Notes: generated by a model not told the origin, from the letters alone. A stretch of 64,000 nt of DNA from Candidatus Nanohaloarchaea archaeon (GCA_013343275.1 CP046106.1:192001-256000); one strand, 5' to 3'; shown: positions 17,684-27,648, numbered from the stretch's first letter. Numbers and translations: made by a program.

Positions 17684-18679
17684 ATGGTTGACAGTTTTTC
17701 AGGAAGTTTTGAGGAGATAGCAGGTTTTCAACCTCTCTACAAAGGTTATAGAGAAGCCAGGAAAGGAAAGCGTTACAGTGGAGAAGTCCTAAGTTTCTCC
17801 AAGGATTTAGATAAGAATCTTCACGAACTCTCCAACAGCCTTTTCGCTGGTAGTTACAGGTCTAAGGGTTTCAAGAAGTTTAAGCTGTTTGATCCGAAGG
17901 AAAGAGAGATTTCTGCTCCTTATTTTCGTGATCGTATCGTCCACCGCTCTCTCCACCGCTCTCTGGAGCCTTTCTTTGACAGGAAATTTATTGAGGATTC
18001 TTTTGCGTGTAGAAAAGGTAAAGGCACTCACGCTGGTGTTGATAAAGCACAGGAGTTTATGCGAAAACAGGATGCGGATTACTTTCTGAAATGTGATGTT
18101 AAAGGATACTTTGACAGCGTTGACCACAGTATTTTGCTGGATATGCTGAAAAGGCAGATCAGGGACGAGAAAATAATCGAATTGATACAGGCTATCTTGT
18201 CAGTTTCAGGCAGTAAAGGTATTCCGATCGGCACTCTGTACAGCCAGTTGTTCGCCAACATCTATCTTAACAGGTTCGATAATTTTGTGAAACAAGGCCT
18301 TCAGGAGGATTACTATGTGCGGTACATGGATGATTTTGTGTTTTTCAGTGATTCAAAGCAGAGACTGCACGAACTTAGAGAGGCCTGTAAAGGATACTTG
18401 GCTGATGAGTTGGATCTTGAGATCCCTTACAGCAAAACTACTTTGGAACCGGTGAACAAAGGTTTGACTTTTCTCGGGTACAGGATTTTTCCTCAGCACA
18501 GAAAATTGAGGAAGAGGAACAAGAAGAAATTCAGGCAACGACTGGAAAACCAGAAAAGGGCCTTGGAAAAAGGTGAAATTGATTTCTCCGAGTTGAAGGA
18601 TTCGATTGATTCATGGAGAGGTCATGCCAACCATGCTGATACAGAAAATTTGAGGGAGGAGGTTATTGGTGTCCTGTAA
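17684..18679 (+). CDS. DGR reverse transcriptase
   Basis: PKEREI..P.FRDRIVH, KCDVKGYFDSVDH, GIPIGTLYSQLFANIYL, YVRYMDDF, FLGY; 331 aa with no maturase or endonuclease domain. Confidence 0.95.
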   Translation: MVDSFSGSFEEIAGFQPLYKGYREARKGKRYSGEVLSFSKDLDKNLHELSNSLFAGSYRSKGFKKFKLFDPKEREISAPYFRDRIVHRSLHRSLEPFFDRKFIEDSFACRKGKGTHAGVDKAQEFMRKQDADYFLKCDVKGYFDSVDHSILLDMLKRQIRDEKIIELIQAILSVSGSKGIPIGTLYSQLFANIYLNRFDNFVKQGLQEDYYVRYMDDFVFFSDSKQRLHELREACKGYLADELDLEIPYSKTTLEPVNKGLTFLGYRIFPQHRKLRKRNKKKFRQRLENQKRALEKGEIDFSELKDSIDSWRGHANHADTENLREEVIGVL

Positions 18680-18776
18680 TTAGGTGGTTGAAATGGTCGG
18701 TGAGATTTGAGATTTGAGGCCTCTGAGTTTCTCACCGGTATTAGGTTTAAAAAGTTCGTCGGTTTCTACCTTTTGT

Positions 18777-18956
18777 ATGACTGTCTACACATTTTCAGGA
18801 GAGATAAATCTCGGGCGAAGCACTCATGGCTTTGAGAGAGAAGTCGAGGCAGAGTCCGAATCGCACGCTGAAGAGAATCTTTACGCAGAACTCGGCAGCG
18901 AGCATTCTATTCCACGAGGAAAAATCAGTATCGAAGACGTTGAAGAAAAAGAGTGA
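18777..18956 (+). CDS. rplX: 50S ribosomal protein L18Ae/LX (eL20)
   Basis: F.REVEAESE.HA.E.LYAELGS.H; directly upstream of pfdA-ftsY. Confidence 0.85.
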   Translation: MTVYTFSGEINLGRSTHGFEREVEAESESHAEENLYAELGSEHSIPRGKISIEDVEEKE

Positions 18957-19378
18957 ATACTATGCCAAATCAGCAAGAGCAGATGCAAAAGTATCAGCAG
19001 CTCCAGCAGCAGATGGAGCAGATTCAGGATTACATGGAAGAAGTAGAAGAGAAAACAGAAGAAATAAAACAGAGTATTGAAGGAGTAGAAGGCCTTGAAG
19101 ATGCTGAAGAAGGAAGCGAGATTCTCGCACCTGTAGGAGAGGCCGCATACGTAAAGGCCGAACTGAAGGATACTGACCATGTAATGGTCAATATCGGCGG
19201 TGGAACACATCAGGAGAAAGACCGCGAAGGAGCAGTCGAGGCACTGGAAGAGAAAAGAGAGAACCTGGAAGAGACACAGAGCCAGCTAGAGCAGAAACTG
19301 CAGCAGGTTCAGCAGCAGCTTCAGCAGATCCAGCAGCAGCTTCAGCAACAGCAGCAACAGGCCCAGCAGGAAGAATAA
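18953..19378 (+). CDS. pfdA: Prefoldin alpha subunit
   Basis: EILAPVGEAAYVKAEL, VMVNIGGG, coiled coils; gene context. Confidence 0.9.
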   Translation: MNTMPNQQEQMQKYQQLQQQMEQIQDYMEEVEEKTEEIKQSIEGVEGLEDAEEGSEILAPVGEAAYVKAELKDTDHVMVNIGGGTHQEKDREGAVEALEEKRENLEETQSQLEQKLQQVQQQLQQIQQQLQQQQQQAQQEE

Positions 19379-19500
19379 ATTCTTCCTCACATATTTCTTC
19401 TACTTTTACCTATAATTTCTCTACGAATTTGAACTGAGAAGTAACTGCTTTAGGTGTTTCCGACCTAATTTTATTCTTTGGATGTCAACTAGAACTTGTT

Positions 19501-20385
19501 ATGTTAGAAAAGTTCAAGGACTCAGTCAAGGATTTCTCATCCAGCGTAAAAAGCAAGGTCGCAGAGAAAGAACTGGATGAAGACACACTTAACCCGTTAC
19601 TGGAAGATCTCAGACTCCAACTTCTCCAGAACAATGTATCTCTGGAGGCAGCAGAGGCAATAGAGGAGGAACTACGGGAAAAGCTTCTGGGCCAGGAAGT
19701 TACACGTGGCAAGGTACAGGAGACTGTAGATGAGGCCGTTGAAGAAGTACTCCTTGAACTGCTTGACGACAGCTTCGACTTCGAACAGAGACTCGATGAG
19801 GCCGAAGATCCCCCAACAGTGTTCTTCATAGGTTTCAACGGCAGCGGAAAGACAACAACTGTTGCAAAAATGGCACGGAAACTGAAAGATCGCGGGGTAG
19901 TTATGGGCGCCGGTGATACGTTCAGAGCGGCCTCTATCGAACAGCTTGAGGAGCATGGAGAAAATCTAGATGTTAAAGTGATTTCTCACGAATACGAATC
20001 CGATCCAGCAGCTGTGGGATACGATACTGTTGAACACGCGGAGAACGAGGGTAAAGTAGCTCTCGTCGATACCGCTGGCCGTTCTCACGCAGATCAGAAC
20101 CTGATGAATGAACTGGACAAGATGATCAGAGTCAATGAACCGGACGTAACTTTTCTAGTAGTTGATGCGCTGGCAGGGAACGATGTACTGGAACAGGCAG
20201 AGGCCTACGAAGGAATGTTCGACGCAGTAATCGTCACAAAGATGGACGTGGATGAAAACGGAGGCGCAATCATCTCGATAAGCGAGAGATCAGGTAAACC
20301 GGTAGCATTTCTGGGCACAGGCCAGGACTACGACGATATCAGAGAGTTTGATAAAGAGGAGTTTATAGAAAGTATTCTTGAATAG
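19501..20385 (+). CDS. ftsY: SRP receptor FtsY
   Basis: GFNGSGKTTT, DTFRAA, DTAGR, TKMD, GTGQ. Confidence 0.95.
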   Translation: MLEKFKDSVKDFSSSVKSKVAEKELDEDTLNPLLEDLRLQLLQNNVSLEAAEAIEEELREKLLGQEVTRGKVQETVDEAVEEVLLELLDDSFDFEQRLDEAEDPPTVFFIGFNGSGKTTTVAKMARKLKDRGVVMGAGDTFRAASIEQLEEHGENLDVKVISHEYESDPAAVGYDTVEHAENEGKVALVDTAGRSHADQNLMNELDKMIRVNEPDVTFLVVDALAGNDVLEQAEAYEGMFDAVIVTKMDVDENGGAIISISERSGKPVAFLGTGQDYDDIREFDKEEFIESILE

Positions 20386-20403
20386 AAGGCCTTTTCAAAT
20401 TTA

Positions 20404-21042
20404 CTAGTGCTGCTGTAGGGTTTCTGGGCGGCCTACGTAGCACTCTATTTCTTTCAGGTCGTTGGCCATGATTCTGGCGATTGTTCTATGGTTTCCGTCA
20501 TTGATTGCGCCCCAGGTATTGTCTATCTCCCAGTCTTTTTCTCCATGTTCTCTGTTCATTCTTTCACGTTTCCTGATGACTTTTCCGGGATGTACAATCC
20601 ACGGGGCGAATTCGTCCAGAATCTCATGTACCTCCTTCAAGGCCTCTATGTACTTTACACTGCGATACTTCTCGGGGTCTGCACTTCTGACAAAATCTAT
20701 AACATCTGGAAGCGAACCTGAAATCACTTCTGGAGGCAATCCCATTGCGTGGGGAAGAGTAGTTCCCAGATCCTCCACTTTGACAGTTTCTTTACTCCAT
20801 GAACAGTCCTCAAATATCTCCGATCGATGCTCGGGGTTATCGTCCAGCTCCCACAACATCTCAATCTTTTCCGAGCGGCTGTAGTTCTTAGATCGATATT
20901 CTGCTTTAACTTCCTCTACAACCTTTCTCAACCCCTTCTCAGGACGGGCCTGAATGATCATTTCCTGAATCCCTCTCTGCTTGCATAGTTGCCACAGAAG
21001 ATAACTGTTGATGGCCTCTTCAGAATAGTCCATAGAGAACAA
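20404..21042 (-). CDS. Hypothetical protein with a ParB/Srx-like motif
   Basis: AINDGNHRT near the C-terminus. Confidence 0.55.
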   Translation of the reverse strand: MFSMDYSEEAINSYLLWQLCKQRGIQEMIIQARPEKGLRKVVEEVKAEYRSKNYSRSEKIEMLWELDDNPEHRSEIFEDCSWSKETVKVEDLGTTLPHAMGLPPEVISGSLPDVIDFVRSADPEKYRSVKYIEALKEVHEILDEFAPWIVHPGKVIRKRERMNREHGEKDWEIDNTWGAINDGNHRTIARIMANDLKEIECYVGRPETLQQH

Positions 21043-21124
21043 ATGGTTGTCAAGAATCTAAAATAGTTGCTAAAAACCTACTTAACCTGAATCGAGAAGT
21101 AAGAAAAGAGTATATTTGTATATT

Positions 21125-21472
21125 TTATTGCAGGGCCTTCTGGCGTTCCATCCTGTCTTCCATTGATTTCTCCAGTTCCTGGAGCTTGGACTTTAGTGGG
21201 GCCATGTCATCTCCTACATCGTCCATCTTGATCTGTCGGCCGCTACTGCTGGAGCCTTCCTGGATTCTCTGCTTCCTCATCACGGATAGCAGGTGGTTGA
21301 CTTCGGCAACAAGCTGTTCGTACTCCTTCATCTCTGCCTCTATGTAGGAAATCTCTTCTTCGAACTCTGCTCTGAGTTCGTGAGTAACCTCTTCTTTAAG
21401 CTCGTTTTTCATCTGGTCCTTGTTGAGGCCGAACTTCCTACGCACTGTCCTGTAAAACTTTTCCATGCCCAT
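21125..21472 (-). CDS. Hypothetical coiled-coil protein
   Basis: 115 aa ORF with host-like composition. Confidence 0.55.
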   Translation of the reverse strand: MGMEKFYRTVRRKFGLNKDQMKNELKEEVTHELRAEFEEEISYIEAEMKEYEQLVAEVNHLLSVMRKQRIQEGSSSSGRQIKMDDVGDDMAPLKSKLQELEKSMEDRMERQKALQ

Positions 21473-21511
21473 AACTATTACCTGTATTTACTCATTGCTC
21501 GTAAAACTCTT

Positions 21512-22066
21512 TTAAGCTTTTTGAGAGTCTTCTGATTCTTCGGCTTCTTCATCCCCGTCAAGGTTCTGAGGAACTACAATACCTAGATCCTTGAACTGAC
21601 CCTGCTGGTAGAAACGGGCTGTAATAGCGCCGAGAGCTGCATCGAACTCATCGGCAGAATGAATATCTTCTGTCTCAACACCGAACGAACGCAGGCCATC
21701 ATCACTGTGGATAGCCAGTTCGTCAGCAGTAATCTGAGGCTCGAAACGGATGAACTCGGGGCAGTCCTGGCCTAGATGCTGCCTGCAACCAGCCTTCAAG
21801 GCCTCGAAGCGCTTAACTTTCTCACCTTCGTGGGATACAGGAGTGAAGATATGGCCTTCCTCCTTCAGCTCTTCTTCGTTCTTGTTGAACTCCTTCAGGC
21901 TGGTCTCATCGCTGACATCAGCGGCCAGCACTTCAGGATTCTTCTCATCCAGAAGTTCAATTATCTCTTCATTGCTTTCAACACTGTAGGTTTCAAGTTC
22001 CTCATCCAGAAAAGCCAGGCCACATTCACGGCCCGGCGTGTCTTTCAGTATCAAGCCTGCAATCAT
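21512..22066 (-). CDS. DUF429-like RNase H-fold protein
   Basis: AGL.L..CGLAFL, LAAD, FEP, DEFDAALGA. Confidence 0.55.
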   Translation of the reverse strand: MIAGLILKDTPGRECGLAFLDEELETYSVESNEEIIELLDEKNPEVLAADVSDETSLKEFNKNEEELKEEGHIFTPVSHEGEKVKRFEALKAGCRQHLGQDCPEFIRFEPQITADELAIHSDDGLRSFGVETEDIHSADEFDAALGAITARFYQQGQFKDLGIVVPQNLDGDEEAEESEDSQKA

Positions 22067-22088
22067 TCGAAAACACCTCTTGTCTCTG

Positions 22089-22910
22089 TCATCTTTCTAC
22101 TTTCACCTTCTTCCTCATACTTCTACGTTTGTCGAAATCTTTTAACGAACGGTTCCTGCTCTTCGCCTCCGCAAGCTCTCTTTCATCGACAAACTCCTCA
22201 AGCTTCCGCAGGAAATCATGCAGGGCCTTGTTGAAGTCTCCTGGTCTCTCGTAGAAACTGAAGGTTCCTGCATCCTGAATAATACTTATCTGAGGGCCTG
22301 GCTTCAATGATCGGATGAACTCGATGTCCGAGAAGCGGTCTTCCTCGGCGTGAACCACCATGGAGTGCTTTACCGGTTTCTCAATGCTGTAGTTCTTATA
22401 GTATTCTTTGAATGTGCTGTAGTCTGGCATCTCGATATCGTTGACGAAGTTCTTCACGACCTCGTACTTTGCGTACTCCGAGAAAAGCAGTTTTTTCACG
22501 AGCTTGGGTTCGCTGCATCCCAGTCTCTTGATCATCTGGTAAACTATCTGCGGCGGTTTCTTGCTGAACTTATCTCTGTTGCCAGTGGTAACAAGACCTA
22601 CAACGTTCTCGTTGTACTCCATCTTCTGCGCTATACTGTTTCCGAGGTGGTGTGAAACAATTACTGCATTGTTAATGTCGTCCTGGTTCAGTATTTCTTT
22701 CAGACACTCTATTTCCCCTGCTCGACTTCTTTTGCTGGTTGTCGGCTGGAAAGCAATGGTCTTGAATTCTCGTGAAAAATATTTGATCTGGTGCTTCCAC
22801 AGCTCCGGGTTAAAACCGCTTGGGAGGAAAACCAGCTGGATAGAAGAGTCTTCATCTGACTCAAAATAATGCATATTCCTGTCTCCAACTCTCCTTATCG
22901 GAAAATCCAT
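22089..22910 (-). CDS. Alpha/beta hydrolase-fold protein, probably catalytically inactive
   Basis: VSHHLG at the GxSxG elbow; AGTFSFYERP at the AGH...E.P position. Confidence 0.7.
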   Translation of the reverse strand: MDFPIRRVGDRNMHYFESDEDSSIQLVFLPSGFNPELWKHQIKYFSREFKTIAFQPTTSKRSRAGEIECLKEILNQDDINNAVIVSHHLGNSIAQKMEYNENVVGLVTTGNRDKFSKKPPQIVYQMIKRLGCSEPKLVKKLLFSEYAKYEVVKNFVNDIEMPDYSTFKEYYKNYSIEKPVKHSMVVHAEEDRFSDIEFIRSLKPGPQISIIQDAGTFSFYERPGDFNKALHDFLRKLEEFVDERELAEAKSRNRSLKDFDKRRSMRKKVKVER

Positions 22911-22967
22911 CGTAAGACAAGTATGACCTGAAAAACTTTTATTCCTTTAAACCATGAAACAGTTCCA

Positions 22968-23309
22968 GTGCCCAACAACAAGACGCTAGGATACACATTT
23001 ATCACAGCTCTAGCAGCAACAACAGGATACTTCGCATACCAGAGAACCAGCGCTGCATCAGCAGTATTCGTGATCTTCGCCACAGCATGGATTCTATACA
23101 GATTCACCAGCTACGAGAAAATCTGGGACTTCCTCGGCTACTTCATCAAACCACCGATGCTGGCATTCATCGCACTCCTGATCGGCACCACCTACTTCAT
23201 CTTCGAAGGCCACCTGCTCAACATCTCGCTCAAGTACGGCCTCGGCATAGCACTGCTTGGAGCAGCACTAGCAATGTGGCTCTACAAATACTGGAACATC
23301 GGAGGCTGA
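22968..23309 (+). CDS. Small membrane protein
   Basis: About four TM helices. Confidence 0.6.
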   Translation: MPNNKTLGYTFITALAATTGYFAYQRTSAASAVFVIFATAWILYRFTSYEKIWDFLGYFIKPPMLAFIALLIGTTYFIFEGHLLNISLKYGLGIALLGAALAMWLYKYWNIGG

Positions 23310-23354
23310 CCCAAGAGGCCCAGTAATTTAATCTTTCCTAGTTAAACCTACAAC

Positions 23355-24647
23355 ATGTTCGACAGGATCAAGGAATCAGTACAGAAATTCTCCCGCAAAA
23401 GTGTAGCGGACAAGGAAGCAGTCGAAGAACTGGTTAAAGATATACAGAGAGATCTGATCCAGGCCGACGTCGATGTATCACTGGTATCAGATATCAGCGA
23501 CGACATAAGAGAAAAGGCCCTGGAAGACGAAGTACCTTCAGGCCTCACAAGGAAAGAACACGTACTCGAAATAGTATACAACAAATTAGAGGAACTTCTA
23601 GGCGACGAAGCCGAAATAGAGATCGAACCACAGACAATACTACTGGCAGGCCTCTACGGAGCAGGAAAGACAACCACTACAGGAAAGCTCGCTGATTTCT
23701 ACAGGAAGCGAGGCCTCAAGGTTGGAGTGATCGCAGCAGACACCGACAGACCTGCAGCGTACGACCAGTTGAAGCAGATAGCGGAAGACGTCGATGTAGA
23801 GTTCTACGGAGAGAAGGATGCTGAGGATCCTGTCAAAGTTGTAGAGAACGGTAAACAGGCCCTTGATGTCGATGTCTTAATCGTGGATTCTGCCGGGCGA
23901 AACTCGCTTAACGAGGAACTCAGCGAGGAACTTTCACAGATGGAGGCCTCGCTTCAACCCGATGAGAAATACTTGGTTATGCCGGCAGATATCGGTCAGT
24001 CAGCGAAGAAACAGGCCGAACAGTTCGATGATGCAGTTGGTATTACCGGTGTAATTGTTACTAAGATGGATTCCTCGGCTAAAGGTGGTGGAGCACTGGT
24101 AGCATGCGAGCACTCCGGGGCCCAGGTGAAGTTTGTCGGTACAGGAGAACAGATGCAGGACCTGGATGTCTACGATCCTGTCGAGTTCGTCTCCCAGATG
24201 ATCGGCCAACCAGACCTTGAATCGCTGCTCGAAAAGATCGAGGACCTGGATACAGATCCTGAGGCCCTTCTGGAAGGAGACTTCACACTGGAGGATTTCC
24301 AGGACCAGATGGCTCAGGTAACTGATACCGGTATGATGGAGGAGATGTTCCAGCAACTACCGATAGGAGGATCACAGATACCTGACAATATCTCGAACAT
24401 GACCGAGGGAAAGATCCAGAGCTACTCGGTTATCATGGACTCCATGACTGACGAAGAGAAAAAGGATCCATCGATTATCAAGAGGGATAGAATTGAGAGA
24501 ATTGCTGAAGGTTCCGGAAAGACTGAGAGAGATGTCCGTGACCTGTTGAAGCATTACCGGCAGACAAAGAACATGATGGATAAGTTCGACAAGAAATCTC
24601 TGAAGCGTGGAAACATGCAGGATATGATGAAAAACCTGGGCTTCTGA
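23355..24647 (+). CDS. srp54: Signal recognition particle protein SRP54
   Basis: GLYGAGKTTT, DSAGR, TKMD, Met-rich M domain with RIAEGSG. Confidence 0.95.
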   Translation: MFDRIKESVQKFSRKSVADKEAVEELVKDIQRDLIQADVDVSLVSDISDDIREKALEDEVPSGLTRKEHVLEIVYNKLEELLGDEAEIEIEPQTILLAGLYGAGKTTTTGKLADFYRKRGLKVGVIAADTDRPAAYDQLKQIAEDVDVEFYGEKDAEDPVKVVENGKQALDVDVLIVDSAGRNSLNEELSEELSQMEASLQPDEKYLVMPADIGQSAKKQAEQFDDAVGITGVIVTKMDSSAKGGGALVACEHSGAQVKFVGTGEQMQDLDVYDPVEFVSQMIGQPDLESLLEKIEDLDTDPEALLEGDFTLEDFQDQMAQVTDTGMMEEMFQQLPIGGSQIPDNISNMTEGKIQSYSVIMDSMTDEEKKDPSIIKRDRIERIAEGSGKTERDVRDLLKHYRQTKNMMDKFDKKSLKRGNMQDMMKNLGF

Positions 24648-24667
24648 AACTCTAGGCACTCCAGACT

Positions 24668-24973
24668 TTAAGGCTTTAACTCCTTGTTCTTGATCTCTTC
24701 ACGGATCTCATCTATATCTTCGTCGTCGTAGAACTTTCTTTTACCCAGTCGTCTCTCAATCATCTCTTCTTTCTCAAGGTATTCTTTCTGGACATCTTCA
24801 TCAAGCATTGAGAGTTTGGCGTGTGCGGTCTCAGAGGAAACCGTTAAACTATCTATTACAGAAAGCCATTTGGAGGGAATATTGTAGTCGATGCTGGAGA
24901 GGGCTCTAGTTACTCCTAGAGAGGCCATCAAAATCTTCTTTCTCAGCTCCTGCCGTAAACTTCTTTTCTTCAT
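24668..24973 (-). CDS. Hypothetical protein
   Basis: 101 aa ORF preceded by a GGAGGGG SD-like sequence. Confidence 0.5.
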   Translation of the reverse strand: MKKRSLRQELRKKILMASLGVTRALSSIDYNIPSKWLSVIDSLTVSSETAHAKLSMLDEDVQKEYLEKEEMIERRLGKRKFYDDEDIDEIREEIKNKELKP

Positions 24974-25078
24974 TATCGGTCATCTATTCAACCCCTCCTG
25001 CATAAACATAGCCCCCGTATTAAACCCTCTTGATCCCTGCTATATAAAATATTCCGAGGCCCAGAGTTACCTGTTACA

Positions 25079-25621
25079 ATGATCGCAGTAGTATCCGACT
25101 CACATGTTCCGACCAGGGCAGAGAAAATACCTGAAGAATACAGGGAGAAGATGAAAGAGGCAGAACTGACAGTCCACGCCGGAGACTTCGCGGAAAAACC
25201 TGTTTACAACAGTATAGATGAGTATGGAGAACTTGTAGCAGTAAAGGGCAACTGCGACTTCTTCGATCTACCTAACAGCGAAACTTTCGAGAGAAAAAGT
25301 CTAAAATTCGGAGTCTACCATGGAACCGGGATCAACCCTCGTGGAGATCAGGAAACCCTGGCAAAGATCGCGCAGGAAGACCTGGAAGCCGATGTACTTA
25401 TTCACGGCCACTCCCATCAAGAAGAAATAGCGAAGGAAGACGGTGTAATACTTCTCAACCCCGGTAGCTGCACAGGGGTAGGCGGAGGATCTGCGAGACC
25501 TTCCAACCCGACAATGATGGAAGTAGAGCTGGAAGACGGAGAACTGGAGGCCCGGATTCTGGAGAAAGATGAGGAGTCCGGAGAGATCTCCGTTAAGGAA
25601 TCCCGAACTTTCGAAATCTAG
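25079..25621 (+). CDS. Metallophosphoesterase (YfcE/Vps29 family)
   Basis: SDSH, HAGD, GNCD, HG, GHSH, NPGS. Confidence 0.9.
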   Translation: MIAVVSDSHVPTRAEKIPEEYREKMKEAELTVHAGDFAEKPVYNSIDEYGELVAVKGNCDFFDLPNSETFERKSLKFGVYHGTGINPRGDQETLAKIAQEDLEADVLIHGHSHQEEIAKEDGVILLNPGSCTGVGGGSARPSNPTMMEVELEDGELEARILEKDEESGEISVKESRTFEI

Positions 25622-25641
25622 AAGGGTTATCCCATAAAAGA

Positions 25642-26931
25642 TTGCCTTTCTCATCCAAGTCCATGAACATTCAAACAGTATTTGACAAAGCACAGGCCAT
25701 TCTCGAAGATGAAGACCTATGTGACCACTGTCTTGGCAGGCAGTTCGCACAGCTAGGCCACGGCCTTGAAAACTGGGAGCGCGGAGCTATAATCCGTGAC
25801 ACAGATTTCGGAGAACTGGATGAAGACTCCTTCGTTAGAGAAAATATTCCGGAAGACGCAGAGTATGGAAAAGGATCGGAGGAATGCGACTTGTGCGATA
25901 ATATCTTCGGAGAAGTCGACCGGTACACAGACATGGTGATCGACTCATTCGAAAGATACGAACTTGAAACCTTCCTGGTTGGCATAAGGCCTCCTGAAGA
26001 TGCATTTCAGGCTGAGGAAGATCTCTGGGAGGAGTACGGAGTAGAGTGGACGGAACCTGTCAAGACCGAGCTCTCACGACTGATCGGAAAAAGAATCGAA
26101 GACAGAACCGATCACAGCGTAGACTTTGAAAGGGCCGATATCATGGCCGTAGTCGATATGAGGGAGGGAAAGGAGCGTGTAGAGCTGCAGGTTAACTCTC
26201 TTCTCATCTACTCGCAGTACAACAAGTACTCACGTGAAATCCCGCAGACTGAATGGCACTGCAGAAACTGCAGAGGCAGCGGATGCGATGAATGCGACTG
26301 GACGGGCAAGAACTATCCTACCAGCGTACAGGAGGAAATTATGGATCCCTTCCTACGAGAATCGAAGGCTATTGAGGCCAAGTTCCATGGAAACGGCCGT
26401 GAAGACGTCGACGCTAAATGCTTCGGCCGCAGAGAGTTCGTCCTCGAATTAATTGAGCCTTTGAACCGTGATCTGGACCTCGAGGCCTTACAGGAAGAAG
26501 TAAACGAATCTACCGACAAGATAGAAATCTTTGAGACACAGTGGACACACAAGGATAAAATAGAGGAAATCAAGGAAACTCGTACAGATAAGGCCTACAG
26601 AGCAGTTATCGAGCTTTCGGAGGACGTCGATGAGGAAGATCTGGAAGTTCTTGATGATCTTGTTGGTACGATTGAGCAGAGAACGCCGGAAAGAGTCGAG
26701 CATCGCAGGGCCGATAAGGTCCGGAAGAGAGAGGTCTACGAGATAGAGTACGAGAAGACTGGCGAGAGAACGATTGAACTCGAGGTAAAGGCCGAGGCCG
26801 GTACGTACATCAAGGAGATGATCTCTTCTGATAACGGCCGGACGGAGCCAAGTGTAGCAGGCCTTCTGGGCGTTGATGCCGAGTGTACTCACCTGGATGT
26901 TTCCTGGGTTGAGAAAGTAGGCAACGAGTAA
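25642..26931 (+). CDS. pus10: tRNA pseudouridine(54/55) synthase Pus10
   Basis: LCDHCLGR, KYSREIPQT.W, HGNGREDVD, QRTP.RV.HRR, AGTYIKE. Confidence 0.92.
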   Translation: MPFSSKSMNIQTVFDKAQAILEDEDLCDHCLGRQFAQLGHGLENWERGAIIRDTDFGELDEDSFVRENIPEDAEYGKGSEECDLCDNIFGEVDRYTDMVIDSFERYELETFLVGIRPPEDAFQAEEDLWEEYGVEWTEPVKTELSRLIGKRIEDRTDHSVDFERADIMAVVDMREGKERVELQVNSLLIYSQYNKYSREIPQTEWHCRNCRGSGCDECDWTGKNYPTSVQEEIMDPFLRESKAIEAKFHGNGREDVDAKCFGRREFVLELIEPLNRDLDLEALQEEVNESTDKIEIFETQWTHKDKIEEIKETRTDKAYRAVIELSEDVDEEDLEVLDDLVGTIEQRTPERVEHRRADKVRKREVYEIEYEKTGERTIELEVKAEAGTYIKEMISSDNGRTEPSVAGLLGVDAECTHLDVSWVEKVGNE

Positions 26932-27001
26932 AGGCCTTTTCAGCCACTTCTTTAAAAAGTTTTAATTCCCGATCTTTCTATATAACGAGGTAAAACTTAA
27001 T

Positions 27002-27298
27002 ATGGCAGAGAAATCCAGAGGAGCACTTCATGGCTCAAGGAAGAAATTCAAGCGTGAACAGGGAGCGAAAACCAAGGTCAACGAATACCTTAAGGAGTTT
27101 GAGGAAGGCGAACAGGCCTTGATCAAGATTGACTCTTCGGTACAGGAAGGTCAGCCTCACGCACGTTTCCACGGTACAACAGTAAAAGTTACCGGTGAGA
27201 GAGGAGATGCCTACGAAGTCAAGTTCAATGATGGAGGACAGGAAAAGACGCTTTATGTCGCACCAGTACATCTCCAGAAGCTAAACGAGGAAGAATAG
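27002..27298 (+). CDS. rpl21e: 50S ribosomal protein L21e
   Basis: GQPHARFHGTT, PVHL; gene context. Confidence 0.93.
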   Translation: MAEKSRGALHGSRKKFKREQGAKTKVNEYLKEFEEGEQALIKIDSSVQEGQPHARFHGTTVKVTGERGDAYEVKFNDGGQEKTLYVAPVHLQKLNEEE

Positions 27299-27312
27299 AG
27301 GTTCGATAAAAA

Positions 27313-27648
27313 ATGGAAATTAAAGAAGAGGAACATGTTTACCCGGTAGAGGCCCTCAATGCTCTCCAGGAGAGAGATGAAGAGGAGCTGACTCACGAGC
27401 AGAAGATCGCGCTTGAAAATCTTTCCCGACACGTTAAGGTTGACGACGTAGATACTCTGGAAGAACTCTACGACGAGTTCACGGAGATCGATGATCTGAA
27501 GGACAAGCATATCTTCAAGCTACTGGAAGTAGTACCGCAGCATGAGTCAACAGTTAGATCGGTTTTCTCCAAGGAGAGAATCAAGCTGGATGACTCACAG
27601 ATCGAGGACATCCTCGAAATCTGTCAGAGCATTGAAACCGTAAACTAG
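27313..27648 (+). CDS. rpoF: RNA polymerase subunit Rpo4 (F)
   Basis: ELTHEQKIALE, KLLEVVP; lies between rpl21e and DUF655. Confidence 0.88.
   Translation: MEIKEEEHVYPVEALNALQERDEEELTHEQKIALENLSRHVKVDDVDTLEELYDEFTEIDDLKDKHIFKLLEVVPQHESTVRSVFSKERIKLDDSQIEDILEICQSIETVN

Larger units (their letters stand above)
15271..18679 (+). mobile_element. Diversity-generating retroelement (target/VR - four-helix bundle - avd - TR - RT)
   Basis: VR/TR pair with adenine-only mismatches, Avd homolog and DGR-type RT in canonical order. Confidence 0.97.

Noticed and set aside
17684-18679. RT as a group II intron, retron or CRISPR-associated RT
   Set aside because: It is short, lacks maturase, endonuclease and Cas1 domains, and sits with avd and a TR/VR pair.
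19290-19378. CAG-rich tract as a variable repeat
   Set aside because: It is the imperfect Gln-rich coiled-coil end of prefoldin alpha, in frame.
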